Shown: positions 1-12,119 of the stretch, piece after piece
How the letters are laid out: the number at the start of each line of letters is the position of its first letter
How positions within the stretch are numbered: the first letter of the stretch is position 1
DNA from: Malacoraja senta
Taxonomy: Eukaryota
Assembly (NCBI GenBank): GCA_038087875.1
Contig: JAXLNO010000235.1
Coordinates: 1 to 64,000, forward strand
Direction: 5' to 3'
DNA: 64,000 bases
Program-made: the position numbers and the translations under genes
The notes under the pieces: generated by a model
Database searches by the model: none
What the model was told of the DNA's origin: nothing
Seen by the model: the letters and a program-made list of their open reading frames with translations, nothing else

Positions 1-1213
1 GGGAGCTCGCGGGTGCCTGGTAGGAGACCGCTTCTCGGAGCTCCCGCAACGCAACTTCTCCCGCCCGTGTCGCGGGTTGGAACGACCCACCCGGCGCAGC
101 TTTAACGGTCGCGGGACATGCCAACGCCCGCCGGGGGCTCCCCATTGAGACATTATGACCTGGAGCGGGGCCATACATCGCCCGGCGCGGCCTTAACGGC
201 CGTGGGACTTACCTTCGCTCCCACCTGCGGCTTTAACATCAGGAGAAAAATGGTACACAGGGGACAGAAAAGACTTTGCCTTCCATCACAGTGAGGAGGA
301 GATTCACTGTGATGGATGTTTGTGTGAATTGAATTGTTTGTGTGTCTTTTAGAAATTGTTTTGTTTGTATGGCTGAACAAACAGAGTTTTGTTTGAGCCT
401 CATTGAGGTTCAAATGACAATGAATAAAATATTGTATATTGTATTATTGATGACTTTCTATTGATCTGCATGTTATTGTGTTAACAGACTTGTTAAGCTG
501 CAGGAAGTTAGAATTTAATTGTGAAACAATTCAACATTGTTGACCTGACTCTCTGGAAAGTTTAGTTTCAGGAGATGCCGGCTATGTTATTTACAGGGAG
601 ACAAAGACGGAGCAGCTGTGATGTAGCATGGCATGAAGTGAGTTATTCTTCCTTTAGAATACTGGTTTCACGGAGATACCAGAGTTTAACATCAAGACCT
701 GATTTTAAACCGTGGCATCAGTCTCCCAGCCACAGATCAAGACATGACAGGCTGAATATTTGATGCAAAGTTTTGCAGCATCAGGTGACATTCCAGGAGC
801 ATGAGGCTTGAGATACGAGTTGTGCGTCATGGAGTGATCCAAGGAGAAAGGCTGGTTGAGGCAGAGAAGGCATCTCCCAGATAGTGCTGATTCATTCTGA
901 TAATAAGGAAAATGGAACATTTTCTTTCCCCGAGTCCCATATTTCTCATTTATCCTCTTTCCCCTCACTTGCCTGGCTTTGTCCCTCCCCACCTCCCTTT
1001 TCCAGCTTTATTCCTTTATACTCCATCAGTCTGGACAAAGTCTCACCCGAAATGTTGTCTGTCGATTCCCTGCACAGATGCTGCCTGACCCACTGAGTTC
1101 CTCTAACACTTTGCTTTGAGTCCAAGATTCCAGCATCTGCAGTCTCTTGTGTCTCCTTATTTAAATAACCCAGTTATTGCTTATTATTATGATCAGCATT
1201 CGTCTTTCCTCAC

Positions 1214-1281
1214 CTCATCCAGTTCGATTTAGATTCATCCTGTGCATCAATGTATTCAGTGTCATTGTTTGCCTTACTGAT
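1214..1281 (-). CDS. PRDM9: PRDM9-like PR/SET exon
   Basis: tttttatag|ATC...ATG AG|gtgagg; 68 nt; ISKANNDTEYIDAQDESKSNWMR. Confidence 0.9.
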
Positions 1282-1798
1282 CTATAAAAATAAATATGGT
1301 AAAGAAAACACATTGATAAAGAAAACAAACGTGAAGCTTACACTTATTATGCCTTCAACTAACGACCACTTAACCTATTTTACTTGATTACACTTTTATA
1401 TCAGAGAACTCCAACATTCCTGCGAATGAAATCACACGGCAAAGAAACTCTAAGAATATAATAAACATATTGCATAAAATCAAGCTTTGTCGGGTTGTAA
1501 TAGGTTCTTTAATTTTGGTAATGTCACTGTTCTAATGATTTCTTACTGGTCAGAAATGTTCAATGCATTCTCAAACAAGGAAGTCAGACCTCAGTGTGAA
1601 AGAGGGGCAGGAGAGCAGGAAGGAGATGGAGCACTGATTTAGCTCAGAGATTGGGTGAGGGAGAGGGATGCCAGTCTGAGCAGTGAACTGGGAATCACTG
1701 CTTTTCAGTTAGCTTTGAACTGTTTCTTTATCAGTTACAATGTTTACATATTCTGTTGTGCTGCAGCAAGTAGGAATTTCAATGTTCTATCTGGGACA

Positions 1799-2473
1799 TC
1801 TAACTTCTTCTACACTATTACTAAAACTCTCACCTTGACCACTTCCGGTCTGCGTTGTAGACTAAGGTACCCTATAGCGCTAGGATTTTTAAACCACCTT
1901 ACTCACCGTTCTCTTCTGCTCCAAACGCACCAAGTTTTGTTCCGATCGGTGAAATATTAGGAAAGTTATTGGTCTGTTATTCGCCAGGACGGCAACGTCC
2001 CTTCCGGCTCCCGCTATCAATCACCGGCCGCGATAAAAAAAAAAGCTGAAGGAGCGGGGACTGTGTTCTGTGAGCGGGGACTGTGTTCTGTGAGCTAGGG
2101 GCTATGTTCTGTGTTCTGTGAGCGGGGGCCCACACCGCCCCCTCCCACATACACCCCCTCCCCACAAACCCTCTCCCCTACACCCCCCTCCCTCTCCTAC
2201 ACCCCCCACCCTCCCCTCACCCACTCCCCTCCCAGACATTACTCCACACTCCCCCCTACCACACACACCACCCCCTCCCAAATACATCCCTTTCCACATG
2301 CACTCCCTCCCCTATCCCCACAACCCCTCTCCCCCCCATGAAGCCGTCCCCCTCCCCCGGCTACAGAACGCTCCTGTCGTTGAGTTGGGGGAACAGGTGA
2401 GTGGTGGAATTTTGCGTTGGGGGACCAGCCCTCCCGTGTGAACATGGGACCCAACGGGTCCCACTTAGTCTAG
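1799..2473 (+). mobile_element. Non-autonomous Helitron
   Basis: A|TC...CTAG|T junctions without TSD; 8-bp GC-rich hairpin TGGGACCC-aac-GGGTCCCA (2445-2463) just before CTAG; splits a LINE tail (gggaca|tttgacaataaaac). Confidence 0.8.
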
Positions 2474-2702
2474 TTTGACAATAAAACTCTCTTGACTCTT
2501 GACTTGATGACTCTGATTAGACTGCAAAATAATTCAACTACAAACAATTTGTAATAAGAACAGAGCATTCAGGAGATACCCAGCAAGTCAGGCAGCATCT
2601 GTGCAGGATAAAACACAGCTCACATTTCAGGATGATCTTTCAGCAACAAATATTATAAAACCTGCTGAGTATTTTCCATGATTAACTATTGGTGTCACTT
2701 AC

Positions 2703-2974
2703 CATCCATGAATACCCACTGACAGCAGCTTCTTCTTCACTTGAAACCTCTCCTTCATAGGGTCCAAAATGTACGCCCCTGGGAATAACCTTCCCTTCAT
2801 TCCAGACGCCAAGACCAGCTTTATGAATTTTGGACGTGGCAATGCTGAGACCCTCTGGAAGAGTTAAACGTGCTCAAACTGGGTGATTGGAATCAACGAC
2901 AGTGTCCTTCATAAAGACTGGTGGGCCGTGCACAGGGCATTCTTCAATAAAAAAATTCTCGCAGGCTTCACAAA
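2703..2974 (-). CDS. PRDM9: PRDM9-like zinc knuckle + N-terminal PR/SET exon (contains in-frame TGA)
   Basis: tgtttcag|TT TGT...TGG ATG|gtaagt; 272 nt; [89 protein letters not shown]. Confidence 0.92.
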
Positions 2975-3494
2975 CTGAAACAGAAAATGCAAAACTAAGA
3001 ACTAATCAGGGTGTTGGCATTATTGAAAGTGGCTGGACTTTGTACTGAAAATGCTCAATGATCCACAAACGATGTTATCTTTTTAGAAGTATCTCAGAAT
3101 ATAATACTACCATGATGCAGATGCTATGCAGAATATTACTCTTCTGAGGAACCATTCAAAATGTGAGAGGTTAATAGTGGCCAATCTGTAAAGAATCCCT
3201 TCATGATGTTTGTCTGTCACCATGAATATCTTGGGGGGAAGATGCTGCTATTTAATTCCAAATGGCAGCTGTGTTGACCTGTATGGATATTTATAAACAT
3301 CAAGAGAAAAATCATGACCACAGAGTATAATTTTAAATATAGTAATAACAAGCATGATGTAATGTAGGGAGTATGTTTCACGGTAACATGGGTACATGGT
3401 GTCAACTCCAAGAAATGTGTGTTGAAGGATAAAAGTCTATTATGTGAACTAATGAAGCATTTGTAACCAGGCAGATGAATTAAGACCATAGACA

Positions 3495-4669
3495 TAGACA
3501 ATGGGTGCAGGAGTAGGCCACTTGGCCCTTCGAGACATTCAATGTGATCAAGGGTGATCATCCACAATCACTACCCCGTTGCTGCCTTCTCCCCGTATCC
3601 CTTGACTCCGCTAGCCCTCAGAGCTCTATTTAACTCTCTCTTGAATGCATCCAGTGAATCGCCCACCACTGCCTTCTGAGGAAGGGAATTCCATAAATTC
3701 ACAGCTCTGGGTGAAAACATTTTTCCTCACCTCAGTTCTAAATAGCCTACCCCTTGTTCTTAAACTGTGGCCCCTGGTTCAGGACTCCCCAAACATTCTC
3801 AAATTAGGAGAGCAAAACGGCACACAATACTCCAGGTGTGGTCTCACCATGGACCTGTATAACTACAGAAGGACCTCTTTGCCACTATACTCAAATCCTC
3901 TCGGCAGGAAACATGTTCTCGATATTCGGGGAGTCCAGAACCAGTTTATGAATAAGGGGAAGGCCATTTAGAATGGAGATGAGGAAAAACTTTTTAGACA
4001 ATACACAATAGGTGCAGGAGTAGGCCATTCGGCCCTTCGAGCCAACACCATCATTCAATGTGATCTTGGCTGATCATCCCCAATCACTACCCCGTTCCTG
4101 CCTTCTCCCCATATCCCCTGACTCCGCTATTTTAAGAGCCCTATTTAGCTCTCTCTTGAAAGCACCCAGAGAACCTGCCTCCACCGCCCTCTGAGGCAGA
4201 GAATTCCACAGACACACCACTCTCTGTGAGAAAAAGTGTTACCTCGTCTCCGTTCTAAATGGCTTACTCCTTATTCTTAAACTGTGGCCCCTGGTTCTGG
4301 ACTCCCCCAACATCGGGAACATGTTTCCTGCCTCTAGCGTGTCCAAGCCCTTAACAATCTTATATGTTTCAATGAGATCTCCTCTCATCCATCTAAAGTC
4401 CAGAGTGTACAAGCTCAGCTGCTCCATTCTCTCAGCATATGACAGTCCCGCCTTCCCAGGAATTAACCTTGTAAACCTACGCTGCACTCCCCCAATAGCA
4501 AGAATGTCCTTCCTCAAATTAGGGGACCAAAACTGCACACAATACCCCAGGTGTGGTCTCACTGGGGTGCTGTACAAATGCAGAATGACCTCTTTGCTCC
4601 TATATTCGATTCCTCTTGTTATAAAGGCCAACATGCCATTCGCTTTCTTCACTTCCTGCTGTACCTGCA
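3495..4669 (-). mobile_element. CR1 LINE 3' fragments (two copies, rearranged)
   Basis: RPHLGYCVQFWSPNLRKDI...RGDLIETYKI; typical 3' tail. Confidence 0.85.
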
Positions 4670-5155
4670 TGCGGGTGCGGCAGAGGTTCATCTGCACCTC
4701 CTCCAACCGCATATATTGCATCCGCTGCTCTAGATGTCAGCTGCTCTACATCAGTCAGATCAAGCATAGGCTTGGCGATCACTTCGCCCAACACCTCCGC
4801 TCGGTTTGCAATAATCAACCTGACCTCCCGGTGGCTCAGCACTTCAACTCCCCCTCCCATTCCGAATCCGACCTTTCTGTCCTGGGCCTCACCTCATATT
4901 TCGCTGGGGTAGTTTACACCCCAGCGGTACGGATATTGACTTCTCCAATTTCAGAAAGTCCTTGCTTTCTCCCTCTTTCCCCTCCGCTTCCCAGCTCTCC
5001 CACAGCCCACTGTCTCCGCCTCTTTCTTTCTTCTGCCAGCCCCCCCACCCCACCCCCACATCAGTCTGAAATAGGGTCTCGACCCGAAACGTAACCTATT
5101 CCTTCGCTCCATAGATGCTGCCTCACCCGCTGAGTTTCTCCAACATTTTGTCTAC
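4670..5155 (+). mobile_element. Penelope-like element 3' fragment (GIY-YIG endonuclease)
   Basis: RFICTSSNRIYCIRCSRCQLLYISQIKHRLGDHFAQH...PVAQHFN, followed by a degenerate hammerhead-like end. Confidence 0.8.
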
Positions 5156-5566
5156 AACAATTTGATTAATATTTTTGGTGATATAAGTTGGTCATTCTGA
5201 TCATAGCCCTATATTAATAATCCTCAAAGCAATACTCTTACTTTCACATCCTTTATAATGTCCCAAAGTATCCAGCAAAGTGCCTTACCTAAATTGGGCA
5301 TGAACCACACTTTCTTCAAACAGTCACTGTCAGTTTATTGGGGAATCAATGTCAGATTCCAATGTCTGACAAAATTCCAGAAGTTAACAACAATTATTAA
5401 AGTAATTGTGATTAATGTTAAAAGAAAAATTAGTTCATGAGCGAACACAAGTCTGTGCTCTTGAACCAAAGCCTGCATTGTTCCACCAATGCACCGTGCC
5501 ATCACTACAATGCTCCTAATGAAATATGGTTACTCTGAAGAAATAGATTGGTTACTTTGGACATAC

Positions 5567-5704
5567 AAAGGTAATCGTCATCACGGAGCTCCCCTTCTTC
5601 TGTGTAAATTATTCTCTCCTTATTTCGTAAATTATAAGTTATTTTTACTGTCTCTTTGGTCATTTCCTCGCTTGTGGATCCCGAAGTCTTTCTGCTGGAG
5701 ACAA
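5567..5704 (-). CDS. PRDM9: PRDM9-like SSXRD exon
   Basis: ttttttcag|TT...CTT T|gtatgt; ITYNLRNKERIIYTEEGELRDDDYL. Confidence 0.9.
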
Positions 5705-5925
5705 CTGAAAAAAGAAAGTCAAAAATAAACCTAATTACATTGTTTCAAGTCAGATAAGTGGCTGCCCTGTAAAATATGGAAGTTAGTTACATAATATGTA
5801 ACATGTTCTATGAATTGAATTTAAATGACATGGTGGTAGTCAAATGGTCATTATTTCATCTCAATTATTTACTGTAATGCACAAGACTCACTCATTTTGA
5901 GTTTCACTTTTACAAACAGAATTAC

Positions 5926-6025
5926 CTGTTGCTCTTTTCATTCTTTTCACCAACACTGTGCCTTCCTTCGTTTCATCAGTGGCTCCTCCCAAATCTCCTT
6001 TGTCCTCCCCTGTATATGACGTGAC
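5926..6025 (-). CDS. PRDM9: PRDM9-like linker exon
   Basis: catcacag|GTC...ACA G|gtaatt; only open frame, phase 0->1 compatible. Confidence 0.6.
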
Positions 6026-6446
6026 CTGTGATGAGATATTTTGTTGAAACAGTGATTCATAAGGACACAAATAAATTGTTTCTACTCTTCTCGATTATTT
6101 CTTCCATCGCATTATTAACTGAGATACTCAACTCAACTACTAATAAAAGCAGTAACTGCCTAGTGTGCGATATTTCATTATGCTCTCACCTTTCATACTC
6201 TACTCTGAAATGAAGTTTAATATTGTCAGCAAATGTGGGAAAATGTGGGAACTATTGTCTCTCTTTCAATAATATAAATATATTTGTGAATGTTAGCATC
6301 TGACTCCACAGCAGTGATGACGATTTTTCTAAACAGCTGTCATTTCTGTCACGTAGAAAATAAAATGCTAATATAGAGCCACTCAGTTAATTCGTAAAAG
6401 CGTATTCTCACTTCTCCTTTATGCTGGGAATGATTTCTGTTCTTAC

Positions 6447-6517
6447 CTTTATGACAAGCTTTCTTTTGGTATTCTTGCCACTTTCATTCTTAAAATGATG
6501 CTTAAAGATTCGGAAAC
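6447..6517 (-). CDS. PRDM9: PRDM9-like linker exon
   Basis: ctcccaag|GT...AAG|gtaaga; open frame and phase 1->0 compatible with neighbours; no motif support. Confidence 0.6.
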
Positions 6518-6816
6518 CTTGGGAGGAAAACGTGACACATCAGTGTTGCTTTGGAGCAATAGTTTGGAAATTCTGGATATTTCTAATGTAATTGAATTAA
6601 AAATAAGCAAAATATCACAAAAGTAAAAATTAGTAAAAGTAAATTTGTACTTAATGAATAACACATTTGGAAAAATATATTACATTTAACAAATATTCCA
6701 CCATAGATAAGAATAAAATCACCCTTGCAACAGATTCCATAGGCTAACGGACAAATTGATTAGATTCAATTATATTTGAAAAACTGCATTTAATATTTCA
6801 AACAGATTTAAATTAC

Positions 6817-6939
6817 GTTGTGGATTTTTTGTCAGAAGTTTAGGTGTCCAATCCTCATCTGACTCGCTGGATTCGTATACTTGGGTTGGACACCTTCTGC
6901 TCCGATTGGTCATAAATTCTGGCTTTGGTACGTCTAATC
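6817..6939 (-). CDS. PRDM9: PRDM9-like exon (KRAB C-terminal part)
   Basis: cacag|GA...CAA C|gtaatt; LDVPKPEFMTNRSRRCPTQVYESSESDEDWTPKLLTKNPQ, like PRDM9 LRATRPAFM...DSDEEWTP. Confidence 0.88.
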
Positions 6940-9079
6940 CTGTGAAAAATAAAACATGCTCATCATCTGTTATGACCAACTTCAAGTATTTATCTTCATT
7001 GAGTTACCAGTGCAAAATATCTGTGGAAACATTGCTTTGCAATGTTATCGTTATTAAATTCCTCCAGATTATTCATGCTTATTCAATTGATCATGACTAC
7101 TTGACGAAGACAGCAAATAACCTTTAAATTATTTTTCAGTTAAAGAATAATCAGCGGATGAGTATGTGTCTATTTCCGGGTCAGAAATCACAATAACCAA
7201 TCTTTCAGTGTCACACATCTGTGTGGTAAGTGAAATAGATCCGAATCCTTCTTTCTATTCCTCCAGGTTTAAAGTAATGGCTCATTCTTGCTGCCTGTAC
7301 TGGCAGTGACACTTTGTGCCATGGTTGGGTAAATGGATTGAATAATGAACAAGCAGGGCAATCCACCTCTTCATCAATGGGAACATTGACCTTTGTCCAA
7401 TCTCTGATTTCAGGACTGTGACTAGTACAACATTAAAAAGCATAACTGGGCCCCAACGTCTATGGGTTTGTGTTATCCATGGTCACCATCTTCTGAATGA
7501 CATCACGCTTTGGTATTCATTGTAAAGTTAGTCCAATTTGAGATCACTGATGGGAATTTTTGAATATTGGTGAGGAACCTCACCAGGAGGAAATGGTAAT
7601 TAGAAGCAAAACTGTACATATCCTGCTGCCAATAATCTGGGACTAATCACGTCTGCTGGGTGTGCTCATTTCATCAAAAGTGGCATTACAAATCTAAAAG
7701 GTTGACACACCTTGACATTGCAAGGCATTAATATATCAGGCAGGAGTTTATGTCTTGGGACCTTTCCAATTTTACAATGACCAGTGTGTGTGCACATAAC
7801 AATGAGGGCAGGAACAGATACAGCAACATTTAATTCTAAACATTATCTTTCAGACATTTGTTTATTGATCTAAAGAACGAGGGCATCACAGGCAGAGTTG
7901 GCATTTCCTGTTCTTTCCAAATTGCCCCATGTGTGACGGAGCAGAACGTGGAGGTTGTTGTGCTCCCATGCACCCATTGCCCTCAACCTTTATGGTGTAG
8001 AGGCCACAGGTTTGGGATATGTTGTGAAAGAAGTCTTACCACAAACACTCCAGTGCATTAAGGAGATGGTAAACAGTGCATTTCCGGCTGGTGAAACCAA
8101 TGTACTTTTGAATGAAGGGTGCCAAGCTTCTTGAGTGTTGTGGAAGATCTCTTCCAGGGATGTTGAGATACATTTCAATGTCCACTTTGATATCCCTTGT
8201 TTATGGGCAATTTCTTGGTGCAGAGGATAACTGTTCCAACTCCATCTCTGTCAGCTTTGAGAGAATTGATTCTGTTGGTCTTGGAGTAAGGTAAAGATTC
8301 TGCTGCTGAATGTCTTTATGAGTGAATGGCTTATGAGGTTGGGGACAGGATATTTTTGACACTCTTTGATTTCCTGAAGAGACCGGGTTCAAAGTGCCTT
8401 CCAGGTTGTCCTCCTCCATTTTGAACAGCCATAGATCAAGGATTCCCACAAATTATTCATGCTGTTACATTTCCATAAAGGGCTGCCATAAAGCATTTTC
8501 TGCATTCTACAAGATCTTGAGCCTTGATGCCACTTTGTTAATCTGGGTGAAACCAATGCCTATGGTTTACTTAATCCTGTCAATTAATTTGCAGGATTTT
8601 ACAGGATAGCCGTCGGTTTATGTTTATTGTAGTCACGTGTATGCAGTACAGTGAAAAGCTTTAACTTGCATGTTATCCAATCAAATTACACAATACAATA
8701 CATCACAAGTACAAAAGATAGAGTGAAGGGAAAGATGGCAGACTGCAAAATATATATTTCTCAGTATTGTCATGCAACTGTTCCAGAGAAAATGAGAAGT
8801 TAAGAGAGGAACTTCAAGGATAAAACACAAAGTGCTGGAATAACTCACTCAGGCATGCACATGTGATGACACAGGCTTGTTTGATCCCGATCCCAATTTT
8901 TCCCAACTTATGTCAAGTTTATTGTTGTATGTATGTACGATGTAGATACAATGAAAGGCTACTTTGCAGATGTATCACAGGCTTAGAGACGGATACACAT
9001 ACAACATTAATTATACAGCAATTCTGTAAGACTGTTACGAGAGGACTGTGTAAATCTACAAGACATCAGTCAAATCATG

Positions 9080-9620
9080 TTGTTCTGAAAAGTCCATGGT
9101 AGTGCAAGAGGAATTACGGTTGCATTAGGATTGCACAAATGGTTTCAAGAATATAGTTGTAGGAAAGTAGCAGATCCTGAAACTGTTGGTGTGGGACTTC
9201 AGGCTTCAGTACCTCCTAACTGATTGTAGCAGCGAGATGAGAGAACGGCCCGGATGAATGGGAACCTTGATGACCAATGCCGCCTTCTTCAGGTGGGTTC
9301 TCATGTAGATGCTATTGATGGTGGGGAGAAGTGTGTCTGTGATGGACTGGGCCGAGTTCACCACACCATACAGCCTCTTGTATTCCTGTGCATTGGATTG
9401 CCTTAGCAGGCCAAGATGCAACCAGTAGGATACTTTCTACAGTACATCTGTACAAGTTTGTTAAGAGTTCAGCTAGAGGTTATTGTTGCAGTACCACTCA
9501 ACCAGAGTTTCCCTCTCTCTCTAGTGTCCAGTTGCAAAGGATGGTAGAGAATCAGGCATTGGACCTTACTGGTCATTTGGAGGGGATGATAGTGTTGAAT
9601 ACCAAGCCATAGTTGATGAA
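9080..9620 (-). mobile_element. Degraded Rex1/Babar-like LINE 3' fragment
   Basis: VVNSAQSITDTLLPTINSIY...HPGRSLISLLQSVRRY, same type as the 44596-46100 element. Confidence 0.55.
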
Positions 9621-9759
9621 ATGGAAGGATCTAACCAAGTACCTGGCTCAGAAAGCATATATCTATTTAGTGTTTATGTGGGGGGGAAAACTCATGTCAG
9701 CATGCATCATTAGAAAAGGGCAAAAAGGGGAAAAAAGTAATATAATATTTAGTACAAAC

Positions 9760-9883
9760 CAATGGCAACCATGGCTTCATAATTCCGTTTCATGTTCTTA
9801 TAGCGGATCTTCTCCCAGTCCATTAGATCTTCAAACGCTTCTTTGGAAAAATAGCCAGCAATGTCGTTGAAATGGTCAGCATC
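9760..9883 (-). CDS. PRDM9: PRDM9-like KRAB exon
   Basis: tttccag|GAT...ATT G|gtttgt; 124 nt; DADHFNDIAGYFSKEAFEDLMDWEKIRYKNMKRNYEAMVAIG. Confidence 0.92.
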
Positions 9884-10612
9884 CTGGAAAAACAAACATT
9901 GTACCTGATACACTTTGGTGCATAATCTGTAATCATCAGACGTTAATTCCAAAACAGATATAAAAATAACATTTTTTTATTTAATAGAGGACAATTCAAG
10001 GATAAAGAATCACAACTTAAAATTAAAGGGTAACTTCATCTGGAAATAAATGAAATATTTCTTCGCTCAGAATATAGTGAGTTTTTTTCTCGGGTTGAAA
10101 TAAATCAACTGTTAATTGCATTCCATCAAGATCAAAACATTATTGATTCCAAGAAGTAATAAACCATATCACAGTAAGAGAGGAAACTGCATTTAAAGTG
10201 CAGGTCAGGCATGATCTGCCTGAAAGGTCCAGACCCAAAATGTTGCCCGTCAAGATTCAAGATTGCAGCTTCCAGCCAACAGACATCAGTGTCTACATTT
10301 GTGGCAATGAAGACAGTGACTATCATGGGCTCCCTCCACACTGAAGTCAGGAGCAGAACCAGTGGCTGCTGCAAAACTACTATTGTAAACAAGAATAAAT
10401 TGTCAGAGATATTCAGCAAGCCAGGCGGCATCTGTGGAGGGAGAAACAATGAATGTTTCAGGTTAATATTCTTTCCTCACAGCTGGGGAAAGTTGTCAGA
10501 TGGAGACAGACAACTAGAAGGATGAGGGAGATGGTCTGAATGCCCCCCCAGATAAATATTAATGTCAGTGATCCACTCCAGAGCCCAGGGAACTCATCCA
10601 CTCCTCACTTAC

Positions 10613-10687
10613 ACCAATCCCTTGGGGTTGTGATGGTCTGAGAAGGAGCAGCAGCATCTTCCCCGTTCCCAGCCCCCGAGAGGACAT
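10613..10687 (-). CDS. PRDM9: PRDM9-like putative first coding exon (MSSRGLGTGKMLLLLLRPSQPQGIG)
   Basis: ATG to a strong gtaagt donor in phase 0, matching the KRAB exon; no sequence homology support. Confidence 0.35.
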
Positions 10688-10869
10688 TTATCCGGCATCT
10701 TCTGCCCGCTCTCCATGTCAAAGCTCCCTGGAGTCTGACGTCTGAACCCTGCATCCCAGACATGGTCTCGTCTCCTTCAGCAGCTCCTCGGTCTCCCTTC
10801 CTGAGCTCAGACACCCACTTCTCCTCACATCACCTACGCTCACTTCTCCTCACCTACACACCTACACCT

Positions 10870-11635
10870 GGACTAAACCCCTAGCCTCGACGATACCTCA
10901 CACCTCACTATGAAACCTCGCCTCCACTAAGCTTCACCTCGACGATACCTCACACCTCACTACGAAACCTCGCCTCCACTAAGCTTCACCCCAACTAAAC
11001 CTCACACCTCACTAAACTTCACCTCACACCTAAACCTCAACTCACTAAACTGCACCTCGACTAAACGTCCTCAACTAAACCTCGCACCGCGACTAAATCC
11101 TCGCCTCAACTAAACATTACCTCAACTAAACCCTCAATCACCTCGACCAAACTTCACCTCAGCTAAACCTCACCTCAGGTAAATTTCACATCTCACTAAA
11201 CCTTCCTTCAATTAAACCCCTCGTTCAACTAAACCTCACGTCGACTAAACTTCACCCCACCACTAAACTCCACCCACGACTAAACTCCACCACACCACTA
11301 AACTCCACCCCACGACTAAACTCCACCCCACCACTAAACTCCACCCCACCACTAAACTCCTCCCCACCACTAAACTCCACCCCACCACTAAACTCCACCC
11401 ACCACTAAACTCCACCCCACCACTAAATTCCACCCCACCACTAAACTCCACCCCACACCTAACCCCCTCCACTAAACTCCACCCCACGACTAAACTCCAC
11501 CCCACCACTAAACTCCACCCCACCACTAAACTCCACCCCACCACTAAACTCCACCCCACGACTAAACTCCACCCCACGACTAAACTCCACCCCACGACCA
11601 AACTCCACCACACGACCAAACTCCACCCCACACCT
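10870..11635. repeat. Minisatellite, ~18-bp unit CCACTAAACTCCACCCCA (regular from ~11255, degenerate upstream)
   Basis: Direct reading. Confidence 0.9.
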
Positions 11636-11639
11636 AACC

Positions 11640-12080
11640 CCCCTCCACTACTCGCCGCCTCTCTGGCGCTCCCGCTATTTATAGCCCCTCCCCCCCCGGC
11701 CGTTGACGGCACCTCACGTGAGCGGCAGCTCCAACCAGACGCGAGTCACGTGAACAGCTCGAGCCCGCGGCTGGAAAAGGCGCCAAAAGCCGTCGCGAGT
11801 CTCCCGTCTCCCCCCATCCTCGCTTTCCCGCCGCCGCGTCGCTTAGGGGGAGGGGCTGCGGCCGCCGCGGGCGGGGGGGCGGGTCTTGGGGAGACGTCAA
11901 CGTCAACGTCAGCGCGCGTGCGCGTCACCCGACTCTCTCGGGCAGTGCGCCTGCGCCGCTCTCCGCGCTCGGCCCCTGCCCCCGGCGGCGTGACAGCTCG
12001 AGCTCTCGGCGGCTTTTGGCGCCTTTTCCCACCGAGGGCTCGAGCTGTCCACGGGACAAATGAAATAATTAATAACCAGG
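11640..12080. promoter_or_regulatory. CpG-island promoter (PRDM9-like; possibly bidirectional)
   Basis: Very CpG-rich. Minus-strand TATAAATA 11676-11683; TCACGTGA at 11714-11721 and 11746-11753; TTTCCCGC 11824-11831; GGCGCCAAAA/TTTTGGCGCC at 11779 and 12014; NRF1-like GCGCGTGCGC 11914 and TGCGCCTGCGC 11946. Confidence 0.75.
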
Positions 12081-12119
12081 GCGTCAGGGACTTGTGTGGC
12101 AGCTGCTGCAATGATGCAC

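Larger units (their letters stand above)
1214..10687 (-). pseudogene. PRDM9: PRDM9-like gene (KRAB-SSXRD-zinc knuckle-PR/SET), premature stop; remaining SET exon and zinc-finger exon lie outside the window
   Basis: Seven GT-AG exons (plus a tentative first exon) splice in frame. They give FNDIAGYFSKEAFEDLMDWEKIRYKNMKRNY (ancestral KRAB), [41 protein letters not shown] (SSXRD + knuckle) and AGLGVWNE...HFGPYEG...GYSWM-ISK...EYIDAQDESKSNWMR (SET). In-frame TGA at 2874-2876. Confidence 0.9.

Noticed and set aside
282..316. 13-bp hairpin TCCATCACAGTGA/TCACTGTGATGGA
   Set aside because: Lies in what looks like the 3' end of an interspersed repeat; nothing supports a distinct ncRNA.
2874..2876. TGA as selenocysteine or programmed readthrough
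   Set aside because: Aligns to Arg at a CpG codon rather than Cys; no SECIS evidence is available in the window.
4321..5094. 257-aa ORF as a novel gene
   Set aside because: Chance fusion of antisense CR1 and a Penelope GIY-YIG fragment.
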